Origin: Candidatus Aenigmatarchaeota archaeon
Lineage (GTDB): Archaea; Aenigmatarchaeota; Aenigmatarchaeia; QMZP01; QMZT01
Assembly: GCA_963726265.1 (NCBI GenBank)
Contig: CAVSBQ010000002.1
Coordinates: 6,486-70,485, forward strand
Direction of reading: 5' to 3'
DNA length: 64,000 nucleotides
Of this stretch, positions 20,492 through 28,855 are shown piece by piece. Below the pieces are notes generated by a model. The model ran no database searches. It had not been told where the DNA came from and saw only the letters and a program-made list of their open reading frames with translations. The position numbers were made by a program, and so were the translations under genes. Each line of letters begins with the position of its first letter. The stretch's first letter is position 1.

Positions 20492-21691
20492 ATGAAAAAT
20501 AACTTCGCTTTATCCGGAATCGTTTTTATAACACTTGTTTCAATTTTTTCGAGTTCAGCTTTCGCAACGCCATCATGCGTTTTTGCCGGCAACGTTACAG
20601 TAAACGGGAACGCTGTAGCCGGAAATAGCGTTCACGCCTATCTCAACGGAACAGGAGAGTACCTGGCGACCGGAATTCCTGGCTATCCAGATGGTAAATA
20701 CAACATTCCGATTGAAGGCAATGATGGCAAATACATCATATTCAAGGTTGAAAATAGCAGCCTTCCGTTCAACAACACGGTCGAACAAGGACCCCAACTC
20801 TGTAACAATCCTAACAATTATACAATTGTTCATCTGACTGTTGTTGATGATGACAGCGATGGTTATGCGCCACCGGAAGACTGCAACGACAACGACGCAG
20901 CGATCCATCCCGGCGCGACCGAGCTCTGCAACGGCATTGACGACAACTGTAACGGACAAATTGATGAAGGCTCATATTATTGCGACAACGATGGCGATGC
21001 TTATGTTAGCAAAGTCCTTGGCAGCTGCACCGTAGGCAAGAGCTGCGGGACGACCGCTGGAAACGACTGCAACGACGGCAATGCTGCGATTCACCCCGGT
21101 GCGACTGACCTCTGCGATGGCATAGACAACGACTGCGACGGCATCGATAATGGATGCGGCGGCGGTGGCGGAGGGGGCGGCGGAGGCGGTGGCGGAGCCA
21201 GCGCTTACTGCGGTGACGGAATCCTCCAGAAATACAGGGGAGAGGAATGCGAAGCGGATTCGGACTGCGAGACTGATTTTGTTTGTAATACCACATGCAG
21301 CTGCGTGCCATGCACTGAGTCATGGAACTGCGGAGCCTGGGGCGAATGCTCAACAGGCGGCGTGCAGACGAGAACCTGCACCGATGCGAATGCATGCGGC
21401 ACGACCCTGCAGAAGCCTACCGAGAGCCAGACGTGCACGACAGGCGGCAGCGGCTCATCTTCAACGACGCCGCTGACTGTCGTTTGCGGCAACGACGTAT
21501 GCGACGAAGGCGAGACCTGCGAGACGTGCGAAGAGGACTGCGGCGCATGCGCTGGCGCAACGAACCAGGGACTCCTGGGCGGCATCACGGGCATGTTCAT
21601 GGGAACCCAGGGAGCTGCGATGCTCGGCCTGATGGCGCTGCTGATAGTGCTGCTCCTGCTTTTGCTGACCATGAAGAGAAAAAAGAAGTAA
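20492..21691 (+). CDS. secreted, C-terminally membrane-anchored Cys-rich protein with MopE-type putative metal-binding motifs and a Gly13 tract
   Basis: It has a signal peptide (FITLVSIFSSSAFA). DCNDNDAAIHPGATELCNGIDDNCNGQIDEG occurs about twice. A run of 13 Gly lies at 21158-21196. CGNDVCDEGETCETCEEDCGAC is present. The C-terminal TM segment is followed by KRKKK. Confidence 0.8.
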   Translation: MKNNFALSGIVFITLVSIFSSSAFATPSCVFAGNVTVNGNAVAGNSVHAYLNGTGEYLATGIPGYPDGKYNIPIEGNDGKYIIFKVENSSLPFNNTVEQGPQLCNNPNNYTIVHLTVVDDDSDGYAPPEDCNDNDAAIHPGATELCNGIDDNCNGQIDEGSYYCDNDGDAYVSKVLGSCTVGKSCGTTAGNDCNDGNAAIHPGATDLCDGIDNDCDGIDNGCGGGGGGGGGGGGGASAYCGDGILQKYRGEECEADSDCETDFVCNTTCSCVPCTESWNCGAWGECSTGGVQTRTCTDANACGTTLQKPTESQTCTTGGSGSSSTTPLTVVCGNDVCDEGETCETCEEDCGACAGATNQGLLGGITGMFMGTQGAAMLGLMALLIVLLLLLLTMKRKKK

Positions 21692-21824
21692 GCGGATGCA
21701 GAAGTAAATGCCTTTTTAGCTTTTTGAACTTTTTATAAACGCCATCATTCCAATATAATAATAAGCGGGTTTCCTTCAAAACCAAATGAAATAGATACAT
21801 TTGAAAGGATAAGAGGTGGGCCCA

Positions 21825-22004
21825 ATGGCTGAAATATGCCCAGATTGCGAAATAGAAATGAAAGAAGGAGTCAAGAAGTGTTTTGGCAATCCAATCAACA
21901 TAGACGTAGAAGTTCCAGTGGAGATTTGCCCAAGATGCGGCTTTAGCGTCGTCTCAGAAGAACATATAGGGACAATAAAAAAGGCACTGAAAGGGAAATG
22001 TTAA
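21825..22004 (+). CDS. YgiT-type (MqsA N-terminal-like) zinc-finger protein
   Basis: CPDCEIEMKEG....VPVEICPRCGFSVVSEEHIGTIKKAL matches the YgiT zinc-finger pattern. It sits in a low-GC patch. Confidence 0.55.
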   Translation: MAEICPDCEIEMKEGVKKCFGNPINIDVEVPVEICPRCGFSVVSEEHIGTIKKALKGKC

Positions 22005-22080
22005 ACTAAAGGTTAATTTTGTTATTTTTACATTTAGAACTAGTTAATTTTCAGTCATTCAAAAAAGCCTGTCCTTGCTC

Positions 22081-22503
22081 TTATATTTCCCTTTCAGTCT
22101 TTACTTTAATGCCGTTCTTCTTCAGGAGCGCGGCGAAGACGCCGTCTCCTTTCACCAGTTTGCTGGAGAACGTGCCGTCATAGATTTCGCCGCAGCCGCA
22201 GGAAGGCGAGCGCGACGCTAGTATCGCTTCCCTGCACTTCGCCTTTCGCGCGATTTCCAGGCTCCTTTTCGCACCTTTGACGAAAGCGAGGGTCACGTCC
22301 CTGCCTTCGCAGGTGAAGACGCGGCCGTTGATTATCTCCGCTGCGGGCCTCGGCGTGGGCAGGCCTCCCAGTTGTTCCGGACATACGGGAACGGCTTCGC
22401 CCTTCCTCACCATTTCCATGACTTTCGGATGCGGCTTCGCCTTCCCGTCGTATCTGGTTTTCATGCCTGCAAGGCAGGCGCTTACCAGCTTCATAAAAAT
22501 CAA
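22081..22503 (-). CDS. DUF523 family protein
   Basis: SACLAGMKTRYDGK ... VCPEQLGGLPTPRPAAEI ... SPSCG is typical of DUF523. Confidence 0.7.
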   Translation of the reverse strand: MIFMKLVSACLAGMKTRYDGKAKPHPKVMEMVRKGEAVPVCPEQLGGLPTPRPAAEIINGRVFTCEGRDVTLAFVKGAKRSLEIARKAKCREAILASRSPSCGCGEIYDGTFSSKLVKGDGVFAALLKKNGIKVKTEREI

Positions 22504-22506
22504 CTC

Positions 22507-23109
22507 TCATTTGCCGAACAGGGGCTTTGTTTTTGCCTCTATTTTTTTTGCCCCCCTTATGCCCTCTATCCTTTTCAGATATTCGGCCAGCTTCTCCTTT
22601 CTGACTTTTTTCGCCAGTTCAGGCAGGATTTCGTCAAGGAACGGATAGTTGCAATATATCAGGTCTATCAGCGTTTTTTCCGGGTCGGAAACCCTTATCC
22701 AGTCCTTCGCCTCTTCCATGTATTCTGTTTCGTATCCGAAATATAGCTTCTTGCTTATGCTCCGGATTATCACATTCCTTCCGGCGACGACCCTTTCTCC
22801 GACCTTTATTTTCAGCGGCGCACGCGTAGTCAGAACATCGACGTTCGGAATCTGGTCCCATACGCCATGAATGAATGCCGCTGTCCCGAGACCCACGTAC
22901 GCTTCGCCTAGCGGTATGACTATCAGATAAGGCGAATTCCTGAACGAATACCATCCCTTTATCAGCTCAATTATCCTGCCCCTTTTCTTCAGGTTGTGAA
23001 TGAAAACCTTGGCGTAATTTTTTCCCATCCTGCCTTCAATGGTCCTGAAGCTGAATGCGCTGGCATTCTCCAGCTTTTCAGTGAACTCCCTGTAATTATT
23101 TTTCAGCAT
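22507..23109 (-). CDS. AbiEi-like antitoxin / wHTH protein (second copy)
   Basis: IIELIKGWYSF, AYVGLGTAAFIHGVW and VSDPEKTLIDLIY parallel the protein at 12548-13180. The gene lies downstream of its NTase partner and overlaps it by 14 nt. Confidence 0.65.
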   Translation of the reverse strand: MLKNNYREFTEKLENASAFSFRTIEGRMGKNYAKVFIHNLKKRGRIIELIKGWYSFRNSPYLIVIPLGEAYVGLGTAAFIHGVWDQIPNVDVLTTRAPLKIKVGERVVAGRNVIIRSISKKLYFGYETEYMEEAKDWIRVSDPEKTLIDLIYCNYPFLDEILPELAKKVRKEKLAEYLKRIEGIRGAKKIEAKTKPLFGK

Positions 23110-23743
23110 ACATCTTCACCTTTCTGACCATCGTTTCAAATTCCGGAGCTTTGCCGATAAGAATAAGCTCTTTCAGGCCGCTAAAATCTGCAGGCGGCGC
23201 GTTGAGGAATGGCAGCACGCCTTTAATGGTGGTCTTGGCTTCCGGGCCAGTCGCATTGTCCAGCAGATAGAAAATGTCATACAAATCCCTGACCTTGCCC
23301 CTGTCTTTGAAAGCGTCGATTTTTTCTCTGATCAGTTCCTCCGGCGGCAGGGTTTTTAAAACTATGGAATCGCCGCCCACGAGATGAAATTCGCCATCTG
23401 CCGTGCATGTATTTTTGAATGAAGGCGAGGCATTCAGCTCGACTTCTATGCCGTTTTCCATGAATCTCGCATATAAGACATTCGAACTCGTCAGCTTGCC
23501 CCTCGTCATTCCGAACGCCTTTGTTTTTTCGAAGTATTTCAATATTTCGGACGGGTCGGAGTAATATATGTCGATATCGAACGAGAATCTCTTGCCTTTG
23601 TAAACTCTCCATATTGCCGTGCCTCCGTGCAGGACGATCTCGAATTTTGAAACCAGTTCTATTACAAGCTTGTCCTGCAATTCTGCGATTTTCAACATCT
23701 TCCCTTTCAGTATGTTCTTCAGCGGAAATTTTTCATAACTCAT
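23096..23743 (-). CDS. AbiEii/DUF1814-like nucleotidyltransferase (second copy, short form)
   Basis: IVLHGGTAIWRVYKGKRFSFDIDIY is the NTase core and VRDLYDIFYLL is the C-terminal motif. The protein is 215 aa. Confidence 0.65.
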   Translation of the reverse strand: MSYEKFPLKNILKGKMLKIAELQDKLVIELVSKFEIVLHGGTAIWRVYKGKRFSFDIDIYYSDPSEILKYFEKTKAFGMTRGKLTSSNVLYARFMENGIEVELNASPSFKNTCTADGEFHLVGGDSIVLKTLPPEELIREKIDAFKDRGKVRDLYDIFYLLDNATGPEAKTTIKGVLPFLNAPPADFSGLKELILIGKAPEFETMVRKVKMYAEK

Positions 23744-23758
23744 GTTTAATATATACGT

Positions 23759-23780
23759 GGGTTATATTTAAATATAACCC
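23759..23780. promoter_or_regulatory. perfect 22-bp palindrome GGGTTATATTTAAATATAACCC upstream of the NTase/AbiEi-like operon; candidate operator overlapping a TATA-like box
   Basis: The palindrome is seen directly. It lies 16-37 nt upstream of the ATG at 23743 on the minus strand. Confidence 0.45.
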
Positions 23781-23828
23781 AGGTATAAAATAAGCAGAAA
23801 TTCTCTCTTTTTTATCCGTTACCGGCTT

Positions 23829-24557
23829 TCACTCGATTTCCACGCCTGGCATTATCCATTTCGTACCCAGGCGCTTCCTGTTCTCTGCAAGCATTTTGGC
23901 AGAAAGGCTGAGTTTCGCGCGTTTCAGGTCCAGGCCGAGCAGCTTCGCGAGCGAGAGCATCTCGGACGGCGAGCGCAGGTCATAGGGTTCGACGGCGCCT
24001 GACGTGAGAACGAACGGCGCCTTGTATTTCCTCACGAGTTTCGCGTTGTCCAGCATGTGCGAGAAAACGTCGGATCTCGTCTTCTTGTAGGAGAGCAGCA
24101 GCGACCTGAGGTTGAATTCGATGGCTACGCCGTTCTCCTTCGCGAGCCTCGCCATGACGTGGTCGAGCCCGCTGTCGTTCCTGCCCAGCTCCGGATGCGC
24201 CAGAACGTCGATTTCGCTGGTTTCGCAGGCCTTCCTGTTGACCTCCAGGCTGCCGCCGTGGACCATTATGATCTCGGCCTTTTTCCTCGCCATGCGCGCG
24301 ATTTTCGGGACGTGCTCGGGCTGGGTGGTCTCTATCTTGTAGCCGAAGCAGACGTCCAGGTTCGCCCTGGTCTTGGCTAGCGAAGCCTTAAGCTGGTCTA
24401 TCGCCTCCAGCGACTTGCACACCAGGCACACGCCTTTCCATCCAAGCCCTTCCAGCGTCTTGACCATCCCCTCGAGATCGACTTCCGGATGCGCATGGTA
24501 TTCGTAGAAGCTCATATAAGCATAATTGTCCGGCTGTTTTAAAAATGCTTGAATCAA
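23829..24557 (-). CDS. rnp3: RNase P protein component 3 (Rpp30 family)
   Basis: DVLAHPELGRNDSGLDHVMARLAKENGVAIEFNLRSLL...FVLTSGA...DLRSPSEMLSLAKLLGL parallels archaeal Rpp30, for example the PH1877 pattern. Confidence 0.8.
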   Translation of the reverse strand: MIQAFLKQPDNYAYMSFYEYHAHPEVDLEGMVKTLEGLGWKGVCLVCKSLEAIDQLKASLAKTRANLDVCFGYKIETTQPEHVPKIARMARKKAEIIMVHGGSLEVNRKACETSEIDVLAHPELGRNDSGLDHVMARLAKENGVAIEFNLRSLLLSYKKTRSDVFSHMLDNAKLVRKYKAPFVLTSGAVEPYDLRSPSEMLSLAKLLGLDLKRAKLSLSAKMLAENRKRLGTKWIMPGVEIE

Positions 24558-24577
24558 TATGAAGGAGGAGACGTGCC

Positions 24578-25210
24578 ATGTTTGCGGACGAGTTCAGCGA
24601 GAAGCGCGAGCACATGGTGGCCGACCTGATGGCGAACGGCTACCTCAGGAGCGAGCGCATCATAAAGGTCTTCCTCGAAACGCCTAGGCATGTTTTCACG
24701 GGCGAGGCGAACGAACGCTTCGCCTATGCGGATTATCCAGTTCCCATCCAGTCGGGCCAGACGGTTTCTGCGCCGCACATGGTCGCGTGCATGACGGAGC
24801 TGCTGGAGCCGAAAGCGAAGGACAAAATTCTGGAAATAGGCTCGGGCTCAGGCTACCAGGCTGCGATACTCTCAAGGCTCGTCAGGAAGGTCTACACGGT
24901 CGAGATAGACGAACGGCTTGCCGCCTTCGCGCGCTCGAATCTCAGCAGCGCTGGCATAAGAAACGTCGAAATCATAGCGGCAGACGGCAGCGAAGGCTAC
25001 GCGAAAGCGAAGCCCTATGACAAGATAATCGTGACCTGCGCCACCCCGGAGATATTCGCCCCGTGGCTGAAGCAGCTCAAGACGGGCGGCATGCTCATCG
25101 CGCCGGTGGGCGAAGGATTCTACCAGGAGCTGACACGTATCAAGAAGACGAAAAAAGGCCTCGAAAAGGCTAATTTCGGAGGCTGTGTCTTCGTGCCGCT
25201 GAGACGCTGA
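24578..25210 (+). CDS. pcm: protein-L-isoaspartate O-methyltransferase
   Basis: QTVSAPHMVACMTELL...ILEIGSGSGYQAAILSRLV...VYTVEI gives the Pcm signature and SAM-binding motifs. Confidence 0.9.
   Translation: MFADEFSEKREHMVADLMANGYLRSERIIKVFLETPRHVFTGEANERFAYADYPVPIQSGQTVSAPHMVACMTELLEPKAKDKILEIGSGSGYQAAILSRLVRKVYTVEIDERLAAFARSNLSSAGIRNVEIIAADGSEGYAKAKPYDKIIVTCATPEIFAPWLKQLKTGGMLIAPVGEGFYQELTRIKKTKKGLEKANFGGCVFVPLRR
25174..25206 (+). repeat. 33-bp direct repeat, left copy (last 11 codons of pcm)
   Basis: tttcggaggctgtgtCttcgtgccgctgagacg compares with 26062-26094 tttcggaggctgtgtAttcgtgccgctgagacg at 32/33 identity. The single difference is a synonymous Val codon. Confidence 0.95.
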
Positions 25211-25266
25211 GCAACCGACACATCGGTGTATAGCTGTATTTAAATAAAGGGAACAAAACCTTATTT

Positions 25267-25623
25267 ATGAAAGGCATAGCAGCTGTTGTGAACGCAATAA
25301 AGAAGGAGAAGGCGGTGGAAGCCGTATATCTTTTCGGCTCGCATGCTTCCGGAAAGGCGAAGCCGTATTCTGATATTGATTTATGCGTGATAACCGGTAA
25401 AAGAGCAAAAAAAGAACGCATACTAAGCCACTCATCCGATAAAATCGACACGTGCGTTTTCTGGGACCTCCCGCTGAACATCAGGTTCCGGGTGATGAAG
25501 GAGGGCACACCACTCTATGTCAAAAATGAGCTCGAAATGCACAGGATAAAGGTAAACACAGTGCTTTCCTATCTCGATTTCAAGCCGTTGCTGGCAAGGC
25601 ATTTTTCAAGGTTTTTGACCTGA
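25267..25623 (+). CDS. minimal nucleotidyltransferase (MNT/MntA-type antitoxin)
   Basis: VYLFGSHASGKAKPYSDIDLCV is the GSxxxG...DxD NTase motif. The protein is 118 aa and the region is low in GC. Confidence 0.8.
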   Translation: MKGIAAVVNAIKKEKAVEAVYLFGSHASGKAKPYSDIDLCVITGKRAKKERILSHSSDKIDTCVFWDLPLNIRFRVMKEGTPLYVKNELEMHRIKVNTVLSYLDFKPLLARHFSRFLT

Positions 25624-25635
25624 TAGGTTGATAAC

Positions 25636-26052
25636 ATGTATGACACGGAAAGGATAGGGAAAATACTGAGCGATATTGAAAGATATTTTGCAGACATGGA
25701 GACCATAAACGTCAAAACAATGCAGGATATCGGGGACAAAAAGAACTTCTATTCGGTTTCGATGCTGTTATTCTCGATAATAAACAGGACCATAGACCTC
25801 GGTGAAGAAGTCGTCACAGCCAACAACCTCGGCACACCGAGCACATACAAGGACATTTTTTATCTTCTGAGAAAAGGGAAAATAATAAACGACCAGATGA
25901 AAAATGAGCTTTCAGAATTGACATCATACAGGAACCTTTTTTCCCACGAATACCACAGCTTCACGGAAAAAGACGTGCTCAAGGCAATGGCTAAAATCGG
26001 CGCAGTCAAGGATTTCGTGAAAAGAATAAAATCAAGAATCAGAAGCCAATAA
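25636..26052 (+). CDS. HEPN domain protein (DUF86/HepT-type toxin)
   Basis: The YRNLFSHEY motif (Rx4H) sits in the C-terminal third of a 138-aa helical protein, immediately downstream of the MNT gene. Confidence 0.8.
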   Translation: MYDTERIGKILSDIERYFADMETINVKTMQDIGDKKNFYSVSMLLFSIINRTIDLGEEVVTANNLGTPSTYKDIFYLLRKGKIINDQMKNELSELTSYRNLFSHEYHSFTEKDVLKAMAKIGAVKDFVKRIKSRIRSQ

Positions 26053-26061
26053 ACAAACCAG

Positions 26062-26094
26062 TTTCGGAGGCTGTGTATTCGTGCCGCTGAGACG
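26062..26094 (+). repeat. 33-bp direct repeat, right copy (displaced pcm 3' end; reads FGGCVFVPLRRV*)
   Basis: See 25174-25206. The in-frame remnant is followed by a stop codon. Confidence 0.95.
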
Positions 26095-26097
26095 TGT

Positions 26098-26337
26098 TTA
26101 GACGACAGGTGGAAGAATCTGGGTTTCGAGTGCATCTGGAGAAGCGCCAAGCTCGTCGAGTTCATTTCGTACCATTTTCTTGAAGAGACCATTACTTACC
26201 GGGTCAATTGCCCATACGCTTCTGTTAGGAAAAACCACTATAGGATATTTTCTACCCCGACCTTCGTCTACGTAGAAGCCTAATCGGACTCTACCGTTGT
26301 ATTCTCCTAGTGTCTTTTGAATGCTCATATTTATCAC
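26098..26337 (-). CDS. hypothetical protein
   Basis: Intact 79-aa ORF with no recognised motif. Its stop codon abuts the right direct repeat. Confidence 0.45.
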   Translation of the reverse strand: MINMSIQKTLGEYNGRVRLGFYVDEGRGRKYPIVVFPNRSVWAIDPVSNGLFKKMVRNELDELGASPDALETQILPPVV

Positions 26338-26440
26338 CCCATGTTCGTTTAAGGTTATTTAATTTTATGTTTCAAGGCTATATAAAGCTTTCGTTTTGTT
26401 GTAACTAATAAATAGTGAAAAAGAAAGGAAAAGGGGTTCT

Positions 26441-26653
26441 TCACCCCTGAATGAGGAGCTCGTTCTCGATTTCCTGCGCGGTCATGTCGTCAAGAGACTG
26501 GTCCACTTCCTGGTCGACCGTCTGGAACGCCTGCTGTTCGGGCGTGCCCGCCGCGGTCGCTGCCCCGCCGCCTGTCGCGCCCTGCTGGATGCAGCCGCTT
26601 ATCGCGACCGCCACTATCAGGACTGCGAATGCAAGAGCCAATACAGTTTTCAT
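26441..26653 (-). CDS. small acidic secreted protein or lipoprotein
   Basis: The signal peptide has a lipobox-like AISGC. The C-terminal half is acidic. Confidence 0.55.
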   Translation of the reverse strand: MKTVLALAFAVLIVAVAISGCIQQGATGGGAATAAGTPEQQAFQTVDQEVDQSLDDMTAQEIENELLIQG

Positions 26654-26662
26654 GTTATCACC

Positions 26663-27607
26663 TTAATTGCCTCCTGAATTCGGCCCGCCGTTCGGTCCTC
26701 CGTGCGGTCCGTTTGTCAGCTCCGGAACGTCGTCCTCGCTTTCAATGTCGTTCGACAGCTTGTTCTTTATCCTTTCCCTGACCTTTTGGAACCACTGCGG
26801 CGCGTTTTTTAGCAGGTTAACCTTCTTTTCGTCGTACTTGCCGTACATGTTGGCCAGCTTGTCGCACGCCGTGCTGTTGGTGCTGTTCTTGCAGTACTCT
26901 ATGATGTTCTGCCTGCAGTTCGCGTCGTCGAGTTTCAGGGCGCACGATGCTAACGTAAGCGCTTTGCACCTGTTGTCGTCAGGATGCGATTCGCAGAACG
27001 CCTTTATCCTGTCCCTGCAGCTCTCGTTCCCAGCCGGGTCGCATACTATGTTGCCCAGCGCCTTCATCACGGCCTTGCATTTTTCAGGGTTGTTCTCGCA
27101 GTAGTCCTTTACCTTTTCGGCCTTTTCCACTGCCTTCCAGAGCCTAGCGGCCTGTATGACATACGCGTTGTAGCTCACTCCGCCGAGGGTAAGCGTCCCG
27201 GCCCAGATCTCCTTGTCGCCTTTGACATACGAGTTGAGGGAAATGGAACCCAACTGATTCGTGCCGTTGATGTCGTACACGTTCGCCGTAGCCGTGCCGT
27301 TGCCTATCACCACGTCCTTTAGCCTGTATTTCGTTTCTCCGAAGTGGAGCACGCCAGTTCTCACGATAGTTTCAGTGCCGTTCGCGTCCGTCACGCTCAC
27401 GCCGGCGATGCCGACCTTGAGCAGCTCGAAGTCCATGGGGTTCGTCTGTGAAATCGCAAGCCCGTTGCCTAGCGCTCCCATGGTATGTATCTTGGCGCGC
27501 ATCTGGGCCTGCGAACCCAGTGTTTCGTCTGCCATCACTGCCGTTCCTGTTATGCCTATCAGCCCTATGACCAGAAGGGCGATTGCCAATGCCGTTATTT
27601 TCTTCAT
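26663..27607 (-). CDS. secreted protein with a Cys-rich helical C-terminal region, function unknown
   Basis: The probable start is MKKITALAIALLVIGLIGITGTAVMA at 27607. C-x-n-C motifs recur (CENNPEKC, CDPAGNESC, CESHPDDNRC, ...). The tail is PNGGPNSGGN. Confidence 0.65.
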   Translation of the reverse strand: MKKITALAIALLVIGLIGITGTAVMADETLGSQAQMRAKIHTMGALGNGLAISQTNPMDFELLKVGIAGVSVTDANGTETIVRTGVLHFGETKYRLKDVVIGNGTATANVYDINGTNQLGSISLNSYVKGDKEIWAGTLTLGGVSYNAYVIQAARLWKAVEKAEKVKDYCENNPEKCKAVMKALGNIVCDPAGNESCRDRIKAFCESHPDDNRCKALTLASCALKLDDANCRQNIIEYCKNSTNSTACDKLANMYGKYDEKKVNLLKNAPQWFQKVRERIKNKLSNDIESEDDVPELTNGPHGGPNGGPNSGGN

Positions 27608-27760
27608 CTCATCTACCTCCTGTATTATATTCAAATATTTTGATTCTGCTCGGAACCGTCCTCGCGGAAAGTCCCGCGAACTCATGCTAATACTATACCG
27701 TTTCGCCTATTAGAAAACTCCCTGAAACAATGTGAAACAATTATTTTTTTCGTGCGTAAT

Positions 27761-28619
27761 TCATTTCTTGTAGAAGAGGCGGTTCGTCCTGCCGACGCGC
27801 TCCTTCTCGACCAGGCCTTTCGCTTCCAGCTTCTTCACCAGCCTCGTCATCTTCGCCCGCGAGAATTTCAGCTCCTTCCCGACCTTGTTCTGCATTATCC
27901 TTTTTTCCTTGGCGAGGATGAGCAGAAGCCTGCGCTCGTCCTCGGAGAAGCCGCGCTCGAACTCGTGTTTCATCCTTCTTCCTGTAATACGCTACAAGGT
28001 AGGCGCTATCGGCAACAATGGCGAAGCCCATCACGGCCATCACGATAAGCGAGTAGTCGCTGTTCGTGTTGTAGAACTTCAGCGACACCAGCGTCTCCAC
28101 GCCGCCTTCCGGGTGCCATGCGATGTAAATCCTCTCGCCGTCGCTGAGTAGTTTCATGCGCTTCGGGATAGACCACGTTCCTGTATACCGCGAAACCGGC
28201 CGGCAGGAAGGCCCTTATGCTAATCCTGTCCGCCTGCGGCGGCTTCAGGCTGGCCGAAAAGCTGTAGACGCTATCGCTGGAAAAAACAAGGTCCTTTGCC
28301 GTGAAGCGCATGAGCAGCCTTTCCGTCGCTTGGGGCGACGGTGAACCTGACGTTGTATTCGCCGCCGCTTTTATCCAGGGTGTACTGGGATGCTGTTAAC
28401 GCCGTCGGAGACCGAGAGGTCGGATATCTCCCCGAGGACGGCGTAGTTCAGCGAGCTGGCGTTGAGCGCAGAGGCGAAGGCCATCGAGACGCTCTCGTGA
28501 ACGCTCGTGTCTGGCATTATCTCGAATGTGATATTGTAGTCGGATATGTCCAGCGCGCTCGCTGCATGCGCAGCAAGGGCCAGCCATAAAAACAATACAG
28601 CAACAACTGCTCCTCTCAT
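27761..28619 (-). pseudogene. membrane-anchored protein with C-terminal MarR/TrmB-like wHTH, four frame disruptions
   Basis: A coherent protein can be traced through four frame changes. It runs signal peptide (MRGAVVAVLFLWLALAAHA), then QYTLDKSGGEYNVRFTVAPSDGK, then LLMRFTAKDLVFSS..., then MKLLSDGERIYIAW...TM(LIVMAVMGFAIVA), then wHTH (ERRLLLILAKEKRIMQNKVGKELKFSRAKMTRLVKKLEAKGLVEKE). Confidence 0.65.
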
Positions 28620-28855
28620 AATTCAAAAATAAAGGAAATGGAAATAAATTGGTTTTCAGTCAGCGAAGTGTCCAGTTTATTCCTTTTTGTGCTCGTGTTT
28701 CGCTTCCGCGTGCTCGGCCTTGTGTTCGTTTTTGCGCTTCCGTGTGGCCTTCATGCGCGTGTTCCGCAGGTTTCTCGTGATGAGCTTCCTTGTGTTCCTT
28801 CGCTTCTTCGTGCTTCTTTTCGGCATGCTCCGCTTTGTGCTCTTCCTTGTGTTCC

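Noticed and set aside
21158-21196. The Gly13-encoding tract as a simple-sequence phase-variation switch.
   Set aside because: The tract is a multiple of three and made of mixed GGN codons. Slippage would change linker length rather than switch the frame, so there is no evidence for on/off switching.
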